This document shows, in pieces, positions 17,769 through 26,151 of a DNA stretch of 36,930 nucleotides. The stretch comes from an uncultured Muribaculaceae bacterium (lineage in GTDB: Bacteria; Bacillota_I; Bacilli_A; RF39; UBA660). A model generated the notes under the pieces. That model had not been told where the DNA came from, ran no database searches, and saw only the letters and a program-made list of their open reading frames with translations. The translations under genes were made by a program, and so were the position numbers. The DNA lies in NCBI GenBank assembly GCA_964372175.1, contig CAYJPP010000001.1, positions 15,130 through 52,059 on the forward strand, in the 5' to 3' direction. The stretch's first letter is position 1; every line of letters starts with the position of its first letter.

Positions 17769-17826
17769 CAGATTGTCGACAAATATTATGATGCATTTTA
17801 AAATTTGATCAAATTAAAGAAGTTAA

Positions 17827-19896
17827 TTACTTAACTTCGATCATTTCATACGCTTCTATTATATCGCCTTCTTTAATATCACTATAATTTTCAATAGTTA
17901 TACCACATTCAAGACCTTTTTTAACTTCTTTAACTGTATCTTTTTCTCTTTGAATAGAATTAATTGAACCATCGTATATAACAATACCATCTCTAATAAT
18001 TCTTGCTTTTGAAGATTTTTTAATAATTCCATCAGTTATATATGAACCGGCAATAATTCCAACTTTTGAAAATTTAAATAGTTGTCTAACTTCTGCTGTT
18101 CCTGTAACTTTTTCTTCAAACACTGGGTCTAATAACCCTTTCATAGCCGCTTCTATTTCTTCAACTATTTTGTAGATAATATTATAACATCTAATATCAA
18201 TGCCTTGTTCTCTAGCGTAATCTTTTATACTTGCAGTTGGCCTAACATTAAATCCTATTACAATAGCGTTTGATGCTTTTGCTAAAACAACATCCGATTC
18301 TTTTATAGCACCTACACCACTTCTAATAATCTTAACTTTGATTCCATCAACTTCTATTTTTTCAACTGAATTTTTAATTGCTTCACAGCTACCATTAACA
18401 TCCGCTTTAATTAAAACGCTTATTTCTTTACTTCCATCACCTATTTTAGCAAATAAATCTTCAAGTGTAACTGCTCCACTTGTATGCTCTTTTAGTTTTG
18501 ATTGATTTTTTCTTTGTTCTCCAATTGATCTTGCTTGTTTTTCTGTTTCGAAAGCCATGAATTTATCACCTGCTTTTGGAACATCATTTAGACCTGTTAT
18601 TTCAACCGGTTGCGATAAATTTGTTTCTGTCAAATCGCGATTATTGTCATTTTTTAAAGTTCTAATTTTCCCAAAAGCTGTTCCTACAACTATTGGATCA
18701 CCTAGACGCAAAGTACCATTTTGAACTAATACAGTTACAATAGGACCTAAATGTTTATCTAATCTTGATTCTATTACAGTTCCAAGCGCATATCTGTTAG
18801 GATTTGCTTTATAACTGTTCATCTCAGCTATTAATAGTATATTTTCTAATAAACCATCTATTCCTGTACCATTAGCAGCTGATATTTCAGATACTAATGT
18901 GTCACCTCCCCATGATTCAGGAGTTAAACCTTTTTCTACTAGTTGAGTTAAGACGCGCTCAACATTAGCTGCTGGTTTATCTATTTTATTTATTGCAACA
19001 ATAATTGGTACACCTGCTGCTTTAGCATGGTCAATTACTTCTTCTGTTTGTGGCATTACGCCATCGTCAGCTGCAACAATAATTATAACTATATCAGTTA
19101 TTGAAGCTCCTCTAGCACGCATTTCAGTAAATGCTGCATGTCCTGGAGTATCGATAAAAGTTATATAATCTTCATTAACTTTCACTTGATAAGCAGATAT
19201 AGCTTGTGTTATTCCACCTGCTTCACCTGATGCGACATTTGCTTTTCTAATATAATCTAGTAAAGTTGTTTTACCGTGATCAACATGTCCCATAATTGTT
19301 ACAACTGGCGCTCTTTTAACCAATTGCTCTTCATTATCAACAACTTCAAATTCTTCAAAATTAGTAACATCTGCTGTTTCTTCTTTTTTTAATTCTTTGT
19401 TATAATCTAAAACTAATATTTCCGCATTTTCAAAAGAAATTGCATTATTAATAGTTGCCATAACTCCTAAACCAAATAGTTTTTTTACTAATTCACTACT
19501 ATTAACACCAAGTTCGATTGCTAATTCACCGATACTCATATTTTCTTTATATAATACAACTTTATCATTTGTTTGTGATGTATTACTAATTAATTTTTCT
19601 TTATTCTTATACATTTGCTTTTTTTGTTTAGCAAATTCTTTTTTAACATTTGTTTTATCTTGTTTTTTTAGTTTTTGTTTTTTAACCGTATCATCAACTT
19701 TAATATTGGTTGTTTCAATTATCTCTTCTACAATTTCATCCATTTCTTCATATGTCGCGCCATCTAGCATAGTTATTGCTTCGTCGTCTAACATATCATT
19801 TTCATTTGTAACATTTATTCCTAATTGTTCACATTTTTTCAATATTTCCGCTGCTGTTTTATTTACATCAATTGCGTAATCTAATACACTCATCAT
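17827..19896 (-). CDS. infB: Translation initiation factor IF-2
   Basis: GTPase motifs [17 protein letters not shown] and NKID. I place the start at ATG 19896 (MMSVLDY), 8 nt after AGGAGG. The track start GTG 19905 overlaps that SD. Confidence 0.95.
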   Translation of the reverse strand: MMSVLDYAIDVNKTAAEILKKCEQLGINVTNENDMLDDEAITMLDGATYEEMDEIVEEIIETTNIKVDDTVKKQKLKKQDKTNVKKEFAKQKKQMYKNKEKLISNTSQTNDKVVLYKENMSIGELAIELGVNSSELVKKLFGLGVMATINNAISFENAEILVLDYNKELKKEETADVTNFEEFEVVDNEEQLVKRAPVVTIMGHVDHGKTTLLDYIRKANVASGEAGGITQAISAYQVKVNEDYITFIDTPGHAAFTEMRARGASITDIVIIIVAADDGVMPQTEEVIDHAKAAGVPIIVAINKIDKPAANVERVLTQLVEKGLTPESWGGDTLVSEISAANGTGIDGLLENILLIAEMNSYKANPNRYALGTVIESRLDKHLGPIVTVLVQNGTLRLGDPIVVGTAFGKIRTLKNDNNRDLTETNLSQPVEITGLNDVPKAGDKFMAFETEKQARSIGEQRKNQSKLKEHTSGAVTLEDLFAKIGDGSKEISVLIKADVNGSCEAIKNSVEKIEVDGIKVKIIRSGVGAIKESDVVLAKASNAIVIGFNVRPTASIKDYAREQGIDIRCYNIIYKIVEEIEAAMKGLLDPVFEEKVTGTAEVRQLFKFSKVGIIAGSYITDGIIKKSSKARIIRDGIVIYDGSINSIQREKDTVKEVKKGLECGITIENYSDIKEGDIIEAYEMIEVK

Positions 19897-19908
19897 ATAA
19901 AACACCTC

Positions 19909-20157
19909 CTATATTTTTTCTAAATCATCAAATAATGAATCATCTACCTCAGTTTCTAACATTTTATTTAATACTTTGTTTTTTTTAGCTTTTTTATACA
20001 CTTCTATATCTTTTTTCAAATATACGCCTCGTCCATTTTGCTTCCCAGTTGTATCGATAAACACTTCGCTTTGATTATTTTTCACTATTCTAATTAATTC
20101 TTGCTTTGGCAATTTTTCTCTTGTTATAACACAAGTTCTTAAAGGGACTTTTTTCAT
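19909..20157 (-). CDS. ylxR: YlxR/RnpM family RNA-binding protein (DUF448)
   Basis: 82 aa. PLRTCVITREKLPKQELIRIV...GRGVYL. It sits in the canonical position between nusA and infB. Confidence 0.85.
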   Translation of the reverse strand: MKKVPLRTCVITREKLPKQELIRIVKNNQSEVFIDTTGKQNGRGVYLKKDIEVYKKAKKNKVLNKMLETEVDDSLFDDLEKI

Positions 20158-21302
20158 TTTATATTAATTCCCATTTCACTTGCTTGTTGTCTACTTTTAA
20201 CATCTATTTTTAATTTAGTTAATCTGGAAGCAAGTTTAACGTTTATTCCTTTTTTCCCAATCGCTAATGAAAGATTGTCGTCATCTGCAATAACTAGTGC
20301 TTCTTTATCATCTGTTACTAAAATTGTTAAATTTTTAGCTGGGCTTAAAGCACTTTCAATAAATTTTTGTTTATCTGTATTGTATTCAACTATATCTATT
20401 TTTTCTTTACTTAGTTCTTTTAATATATTAGCTATACGCATTCCTCGTTCACCTATACATGCACCTATTGCATCTATATTAGATATTTCTGAATAAACAG
20501 CTACTTTCGTTCTAATGCCTGCTTCTCTGGCAACACTATACACTAATACTTTGCCTTCGTTTATTTCTGGAATTTGTAGTTCAAATAATCTTTTTACAAA
20601 ACCATAATGAGTTCTAGATAATAAAATTAATGGACCTTTTGTTGTTGCTTCTACTTTTGTAACATAAACTTTTATATTTGTTCCCATTTTAATTTCTTCA
20701 CCTGGAATAATCTCTGTTTTAGGTAAGATACCTTGTGTTCTTCCTAAGTCTATGTAGTAGTTTCTTACATCTTCCATAGCAACTAAACCTGATAATAATT
20801 CATCTTGTTTGCTTTCAAATTCAGAAATTATAATATTTTTTTCAGCTTCTTTTATTTTTTGAATAACAACTTGTTTAGCAGTTGCAGCTGCAACTCTACC
20901 AAAATCTTTTGGTGTTACTTCTTCTTCGATTGTTTCCCCTACTTCAATACCTGGAACTTCTTTTCTAGCATCTTCTAATGTGATATGGATTCTTTCATCA
21001 TAAATATACGGTTTTTCTATTTCAATAGTAGCGCCTTCTTCTTCTGAATCCTCATCTTCAACAACTAATATAATCGGCTCATATGCTTCTTGCTCTTTAT
21101 CGACAACAACTGTCTTAAAAGAGTAAACATGAATATCATTTTTTTTACGATCAAATTCAATTCTAACATTTGATAAAGATTTATAGTTTTTCTTATAAGC
21201 AGATGTTAACGCTAATTCCATAGCTTGATAAATAGTTTCTTCATCTATTCCTTTTTCTTTTACTAATAAATCTATTGCTTGTTTAAACTTTTTCGTTTCC
21301 AT
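20154..21302 (-). CDS. nusA: Transcription termination/antitermination factor NusA
   Basis: 382 aa with an N-terminal domain, an S1 domain and two KH domains (GERGMRIANI, AIGKKGINVKLASRLT). It overlaps ylxR by 4 nt. Confidence 0.95.
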   Translation of the reverse strand: METKKFKQAIDLLVKEKGIDEETIYQAMELALTSAYKKNYKSLSNVRIEFDRKKNDIHVYSFKTVVVDKEQEAYEPIILVVEDEDSEEEGATIEIEKPYIYDERIHITLEDARKEVPGIEVGETIEEEVTPKDFGRVAAATAKQVVIQKIKEAEKNIIISEFESKQDELLSGLVAMEDVRNYYIDLGRTQGILPKTEIIPGEEIKMGTNIKVYVTKVEATTKGPLILLSRTHYGFVKRLFELQIPEINEGKVLVYSVAREAGIRTKVAVYSEISNIDAIGACIGERGMRIANILKELSKEKIDIVEYNTDKQKFIESALSPAKNLTILVTDDKEALVIADDDNLSLAIGKKGINVKLASRLTKLKIDVKSRQQASEMGINIK

Positions 21303-21550
21303 TATACACTTCCTTTCTCCTTAGAACAAACGTCCAAAATGTAATTATCATCTAATTCTTTAATGTCATCTAGTAATGGGCTAATAATTTTATTTGCTTC
21401 CACACAATCATTAATATTGATAAAACCGTCTTTATCAATAACCACTCTTAAAAAATAATTACTACCTTCTTTTTCATAAGTTACTTCATCTAAAATGTAA
21501 CCTTTTTCTTTGATGTTTGTTTCAATTAAATCTTTGACTTTCTCTAACAT
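21302..21550 (-). CDS. rimP: Ribosome maturation factor RimP, short form of 82 aa (N-terminal domain only)
   Basis: I place the start at ATG 21550 (MLEKVKDLIETNIKEKGYILDEVTYEKEGSNYFLRVVIDKDG), with GGAGG 4 nt upstream. The extra track ORF sequence covers the structured leader. The stop overlaps the nusA ATG (TAATG). Confidence 0.75.
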   Translation of the reverse strand: MLEKVKDLIETNIKEKGYILDEVTYEKEGSNYFLRVVIDKDGFININDCVEANKIISPLLDDIKELDDNYILDVCSKEKGSV

Positions 21551-21560
21551 AAAACCTCCA

Positions 21561-21588
21561 TAATTTAAAGAGTGGGTATTCCCCACTC
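21561..21588 (-). promoter_or_regulatory. Leader hairpin with an interrupted U-tract upstream of rimP-nusA, a candidate attenuator
   Basis: The minus strand reads GAGTGGG-gaata-CCCACTC followed by TTTAAATT. It lies between the extended -10 promoter and the rimP SD. Confidence 0.45.
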
Positions 21589-21602
21589 CTTGTTGCATAT
21601 TA

Positions 21603-21631
21603 ATTATATCATAGTTTTTATCCAATTAGAA
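21603..21631 (-). promoter_or_regulatory. Promoter of the rimP-nusA-ylxR-infB operon
   Basis: The minus strand reads TTCTAA, a 17-nt spacer, then TGaTATAAT. The extended -10 compensates for a weak -35. Confidence 0.4.
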
Positions 21632-21641
21632 CCTTTTTATA

Positions 21642-23867
21642 TTATTTTATTACAAATTTTAATTGGCAATCAATTTCAGTTTCTTTATCATCGATTAATT
21701 TTAGCATTTCTGCAAAGTTATTACGATAAATATGTTTATTAGATAATAATATTTCATGTAATTTGGAAACAATTACATATTCAGTTGTACCTCTATTTAA
21801 TTGTTTTTTTAATTTTAATAATTCTTTACAAAAATTTTCATCTGTTATAACATCAGTTTTAATTGCTGCTACATAATAAATGATTTTTTTTATATAAGAT
21901 AATCTGTCTAATATTTTTTTTAATCGTTCAATAGTAATATTCTTTTCAAAAATTGCAGTAAGTGCTAAATCAGCTTGTTCAGTTAAAATCATCTTTAACT
22001 CTTTTTCTTTTTCTAAATTAATTTCTAGTATATACATTCTAACTAATTGTGAACGAATTGGTCCATTTTCGGTATTTTCGAGAGCTAACTTTTTCGCTTC
22101 TTCAAATTCTTTCAAAGCTCTACATACTGTTATTAACTGTGATTTTATAACTAAATTATGTACATGTTGATATCCTAATTGTTTTGCTATTTTTAAATAT
22201 TCTACTTTTCTTGTACTTGTTATACTTAAACAACTTTTAATTACTTCTGAAGCAGAGTATTCATCAAAGTTATATTTTAATCCATATTCAACAACTCGTT
22301 CATGTTGATTTTCTTCTCTTAAGGCCTTTAAAAATCTATGTTGATGTTTCAACTCATTTGGATATTTTTTTGCTATTTCACTTAGAATTATTGATTCTTT
22401 TATCTCAGAAGTTTCTGCCAGTCCATTTTCTAAAATATACTTTTCTCTTATTTCAATTTCTTCTCGTAGTTCTAAAAATGTGTCACCCACCAATTCTAAA
22501 TTTGCATAATATTTAGCTTTTTTTAAATCACCTTGTAATATATATATTCTAATTAACCGGGCACGAATTGGTTCATATTCGGTATTTTCGAGTGCTAATG
22601 TTTCAGCTTCTTCAAATTCCTTCAAAGCTATACATACTGTTATTAACTGTGATTTTATAGTTAAATTATGTACATGTTGATATCCTAATTGTTTTGCTAT
22701 TTTTAAATATTCTATTTTTCTTTTACTTGTTATACTTAAACAACTTTTAATTACTTCAAAAGCACAGTGTTCATCAAAGTTATATTTTAATCCATATTCA
22801 ACAACTCGTTCATGTTGATTTTCTTCTCTTAAGGCCTTTAAAAATCTATGTTGATGTTTCAACTCATTTGGATATTTTTTTGCTATTTCACTTAGAATTA
22901 TTGATTCTTTTATCTCAGAAGTTTCTGCCAGTCCATTTTCTAAAATATACTTTTCTCTTATTTCAATTTCTTCTCGTAGTTCTAAAAATGTGTCACCCAC
23001 CAATTCTAAATTTGCATAATATTTAGCTTTTTTTAAATCACCTTGTAATATATATATTCTAATTAACTGAGCACGAATTGGTCCATATTCGGTATTTTCG
23101 AGAGCTAACTTTTTCGCTTCTTCAAATTCTTTCAAAGCTATACATACTGTTATTAACTGTGATTTTATAACTAAATTATGCATATATTGATATCCTAGTT
23201 GTTGTGCTATTTTTAAATATTCTATTTTTCTTTTACTTGTTATACTTAAACAGTTTTTAATTATTTCTGAAACAAAATATTCATCAGAAACATACTTCAA
23301 ACCAAATTCAATAGCGCTTTCATATTCCTTTGCTTCTCTTAAAATTCTTAAATAGAAGTATTGCCATTTCATATAAGTTGGATACTTTTTTGCCATTTCA
23401 TAAATATATTCAAGATTATTACTTTCATAAATTTTTTTAAAATTTCCTTGTGACGCATATAGTTCAATTAATTGTGAACGAATAGGTAGATAACATGTAC
23501 TTTCAAGTGCCAATTTTTCTGCTATCTTAATTTCTTTTAATTCTATACACACGGTTATTAATTGTGATTTTATAACTAAATTATGCATATATTGATATCC
23601 TAGTTGTTGTGCGACTTTTAAGTAATATATTCTTTTTTTATTTTCCATCGGTATACTTAAACAAGTTTTAATTGTTTGTGAAATAAAGTATTCATCATCA
23701 GTATATTTTAATCCAAGTTCAATTGCTCTTTCATATTGCTGTTCTTTTCTTAAAATTTTTAAAAAAAGATATTGTACTTCTTTATTATCTGGATATTCTT
23801 CTGCCATTTTGTGAAAATATTTATAATCCTTCCTATCATATGCATTTTTTAAATCTTCTTCTAACAT
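21642..23867 (-). CDS. Helical (TPR-like) repeat protein of 741 aa, function unknown
   Basis: Four internal units, each starting at YP (YPDNKE, YPTYMK, YPNELK, YPNELK). They are followed by a unique C-terminal region of about 120 aa. SD AAGGAG upstream. No signal peptide or TM segment. Confidence 0.8.
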   Translation of the reverse strand: MLEEDLKNAYDRKDYKYFHKMAEEYPDNKEVQYLFLKILRKEQQYERAIELGLKYTDDEYFISQTIKTCLSIPMENKKRIYYLKVAQQLGYQYMHNLVIKSQLITVCIELKEIKIAEKLALESTCYLPIRSQLIELYASQGNFKKIYESNNLEYIYEMAKKYPTYMKWQYFYLRILREAKEYESAIEFGLKYVSDEYFVSEIIKNCLSITSKRKIEYLKIAQQLGYQYMHNLVIKSQLITVCIALKEFEEAKKLALENTEYGPIRAQLIRIYILQGDLKKAKYYANLELVGDTFLELREEIEIREKYILENGLAETSEIKESIILSEIAKKYPNELKHQHRFLKALREENQHERVVEYGLKYNFDEHCAFEVIKSCLSITSKRKIEYLKIAKQLGYQHVHNLTIKSQLITVCIALKEFEEAETLALENTEYEPIRARLIRIYILQGDLKKAKYYANLELVGDTFLELREEIEIREKYILENGLAETSEIKESIILSEIAKKYPNELKHQHRFLKALREENQHERVVEYGLKYNFDEYSASEVIKSCLSITSTRKVEYLKIAKQLGYQHVHNLVIKSQLITVCRALKEFEEAKKLALENTENGPIRSQLVRMYILEINLEKEKELKMILTEQADLALTAIFEKNITIERLKKILDRLSYIKKIIYYVAAIKTDVITDENFCKELLKLKKQLNRGTTEYVIVSKLHEILLSNKHIYRNNFAEMLKLIDDKETEIDCQLKFVIK
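22023..23795 (-). repeat. Intragenic tandem repeat with a 510-bp (170-aa) period in units 2-4. It contains a 298-bp perfect direct repeat.
   Basis: nt 22260-22557 match nt 22770-23067 base for base in my alignment, at an offset of 510. Flanking unit sequence is about 85-95% identical. Unit 1 is shorter and more diverged. Confidence 0.85.
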
Positions 23868-23891
23868 AAGTTTCTCCTTTTTTGATTATTT

Positions 23892-23920
23892 ATTATACTT
23901 AAATATAGTTATGATGTCAA
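23892..23920 (-). promoter_or_regulatory. Perfect consensus SigA promoter of the repeat-protein gene
   Basis: The minus strand reads TTGACA, tcataactatatttaag (17 nt), then TATAAT, about 25 nt upstream of ATG 23867. Confidence 0.6.
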
Positions 23921-23945
23921 ACAAAAACATCAGATGTATTCTGAT
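23918..23945 (-). terminator. Rho-independent terminator after the ferredoxin gene, which ends the ecf-truA-kinase operon
   Basis: The minus strand reads ATCAGA-ataca-TCTGAT followed by GTTTTTGTTT, starting 1 nt after the stop at 23947. Confidence 0.55.
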
Positions 23946-23946
23946 A

Positions 23947-24669
23947 TTATTTTTTTAAATACTGATTTATATTATACCCATCTTTGAATTCAATAAATTT
24001 TGATAATCTAGGGTGGATTGCTTTTTTAGGACAATTATATATACAACTCATACACATCATACATTTCAAACTGAATTTCGGCTTTTTATTAACTTTAATG
24101 TTATTTCTAGGACATGTTTTTTGACATAACCCACAAGATATACAATTATTATTTGCTTTTAGTTCTAACCCAAATAATCTTACCATAAAATTTTCAATTC
24201 CATGTATATGATAAAATATTTTTGATTTAAAAGGAATTTTAACTTTATCATTTTTATTGTTTAAAATACTCTTAGAAATTTTATCAATTTCATTACTTGC
24301 TTGTTTAATTATTTTTCTACCATATTTTATATCAAATTTTTTAACAATTGTTAAAGGCATTGCTATAACTTTATATACCCCTATTTCAATATTGTTCTTT
24401 TTAGCGTATTTTAACACTTTTAATCCGGCTGTTTGATTTACAAAGCTATTATTACACCCTACCATTATTAAGCTAATTTTATTGACATTCCCTATATTTT
24501 CAATTAAATTATTAGGAATTCTAAATGCATGAATAGAACTCATTATAATTAAGTGTTCACAAGGTGTTTTTCTATTATCAATTTGACAATTTAACTTTTC
24601 TTTTAAAATATTAGCTAAATATTTAGTATTTCCAGTCGCACTAAATAATAATATTTGATATTTACTCAT
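23947..24669 (-). CDS. EFR1-type ferredoxin: a flavodoxin-like N-domain fused to a 2x[4Fe-4S] domain
   Basis: 240 aa. ILLFSATGNTKYLA (flavodoxin-like) plus CISCGLCQKTCP and CMMCMSCIYNCP. Confidence 0.75.
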   Translation of the reverse strand: MSKYQILLFSATGNTKYLANILKEKLNCQIDNRKTPCEHLIIMSSIHAFRIPNNLIENIGNVNKISLIMVGCNNSFVNQTAGLKVLKYAKKNNIEIGVYKVIAMPLTIVKKFDIKYGRKIIKQASNEIDKISKSILNNKNDKVKIPFKSKIFYHIHGIENFMVRLFGLELKANNNCISCGLCQKTCPRNNIKVNKKPKFSLKCMMCMSCIYNCPKKAIHPRLSKFIEFKDGYNINQYLKK

Positions 24670-24697
24670 AAACTCCTCGTTTCTAATATTCTATTAA

Positions 24698-25048
24698 TTA
24701 TAGCTTTTTAGTATGTTCTTTTTCTATTTGAGGTAATATTGTTAAGTAAAAATTATCCTGTATATTAAAAATATTTAGACTAATTAAAACATCATATACA
24801 TCCATGTTTTTATATTCTTTTATATAAAGTGGTAATCGCCTTGTAAAGAAATTTGGTAATTGATTAAAAGAAATTACTTCATCATATGTTTTTGTATAAA
24901 AAGGTAATACACAACCGTGTTCTTTTGCGAGTTTTGCTTCTTTAAAATACTTAAACAAATATCCTGTTTCTGTCTTTATTAATTGTCCTATATGAATTGT
25001 TCTGTTTTCTTTATATGAAAGCCATGTTAAGTATATAGTTTCATTCAT
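24698..25048 (-). CDS. HipS-like protein, a stand-alone homologue of HipA N-terminal subdomain 1
   Basis: 116 aa. TIHIGQLIKTETGYLFKYFKEA...LPNFFTRRLP parallels the HipA N-terminus (RVGELTKLANGAHTFKYAPEW...VFNFFDNLLPD). The ATG overlaps the kinase stop (ATGA), and GGAGGG lies 8 nt upstream. Confidence 0.55.
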   Translation of the reverse strand: MNETIYLTWLSYKENRTIHIGQLIKTETGYLFKYFKEAKLAKEHGCVLPFYTKTYDEVISFNQLPNFFTRRLPLYIKEYKNMDVYDVLISLNIFNIQDNFYLTILPQIEKEHTKKL

Positions 25049-26151
25049 ATTGACTTCCCTCCAATTTCAAAATTTTGTTCAAAGTAATTAACCATCCATT
25101 CAGCTCTTCTAAGTACTAATTCCTCGGCAAAAATTAACCTTTCTGTTGGTATTTCATCTACATACGTATTTAGTATCCCAGTAATACTTTCAAGAGTTAT
25201 ATTTTCTTTTATTTTTGACATTATGTCTTTAATTTCGTTTGGATAAAATGTTGTTAAATATTCAATTAATGGTTGATATGTAACTGTAGTAACATCGAAT
25301 TTTTTATATTTTTTTTCAATATTCTTTAATCTTTTGTGATATTCAGAAATACTTAGCATTCTTTTTTCTACTAGTGCTTCTAACTGTTTTTTTTCGGTGT
25401 GGATTTCTGATAATATTTTAGTTATTTGATGATTATCCCATGTTCTTTTTTCTTTATACTGTAAGCTTCTCTCTATCGTTAGTTTACTTGTTATGTGTTT
25501 ATGGATTACAACATTTAACATTTCATCATTAATTTCTAGCGTTCGAAGGCTAATACATTTATCTAATCTCTCATCTCCCATTGACATTCCAAAAGATGTG
25601 CAGCTATCATACAATGGTGAGAATGTATGAGTTCCTGTTTGAAGATCATTTATTATTCCGTAATTAGATGGATTTCTATCTCTATTAGCTATTAGAGCAT
25701 CAAAAACAATCATTTCTAGTGCTTCTTTAATTAACCCATATTTTCCAACAGATTCTAAGAGTAGTGAAACAGTATATAATTGGTGTGTGTCAGGATTTAG
25801 TAACTGCATATTTTTAAAACCTGGATCAATCATCCTAATCAAACTTACACCATCAACCAACTCATAACGTTTAGGTGATGATTCATTATTTAAAAAGTTT
25901 TTTGATATTACACCTTTTTTTCCATTTTTAACACATAAATTATACTCTGCAACTGGAATGTCGAGCAGCTTCCCTACATCTGATGCGATACATTCAGATA
26001 CATCATTATAGACTGAACTCCCATCTTTTCTTATTGTAGCAATTTTAAATAAGTATAACTCATTATCTAAAACAACCCATTCCTTCTTTTGTTTACCTAA
26101 GGCTTCATATAAATAAAATTCGCTTGCATCAATATTTCTTCTCATAATCAC
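25045..26151 (-). CDS. HipA/HipT-like Ser/Thr kinase core lacking N-subdomain 1
   Basis: 368 aa. P-loop-like ALGKQKKEW (compare HipA GAQEK), catalytic FDALIANRDRNPSNYGII (compare GATDGHAKNFSVF) and the Mg-binding SPLYD (compare TPFYD). The start is either GTG 26151, overlapping the truA TGA, or ATG 26145. Confidence 0.7.
   Translation of the reverse strand: MIMRRNIDASEFYLYEALGKQKKEWVVLDNELYLFKIATIRKDGSSVYNDVSECIASDVGKLLDIPVAEYNLCVKNGKKGVISKNFLNNESSPKRYELVDGVSLIRMIDPGFKNMQLLNPDTHQLYTVSLLLESVGKYGLIKEALEMIVFDALIANRDRNPSNYGIINDLQTGTHTFSPLYDSCTSFGMSMGDERLDKCISLRTLEINDEMLNVVIHKHITSKLTIERSLQYKEKRTWDNHQITKILSEIHTEKKQLEALVEKRMLSISEYHKRLKNIEKKYKKFDVTTVTYQPLIEYLTTFYPNEIKDIMSKIKENITLESITGILNTYVDEIPTERLIFAEELVLRRAEWMVNYFEQNFEIGGKSI

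Noticed and set aside
22023-23795. The regular direct repeats, considered as a possible CRISPR array or satellite
   Set aside because: The period is 510 bp, and the repeats lie in frame within one ORF that encodes a coherent 170-aa protein unit. There is no short repeat-spacer structure and no cas genes.
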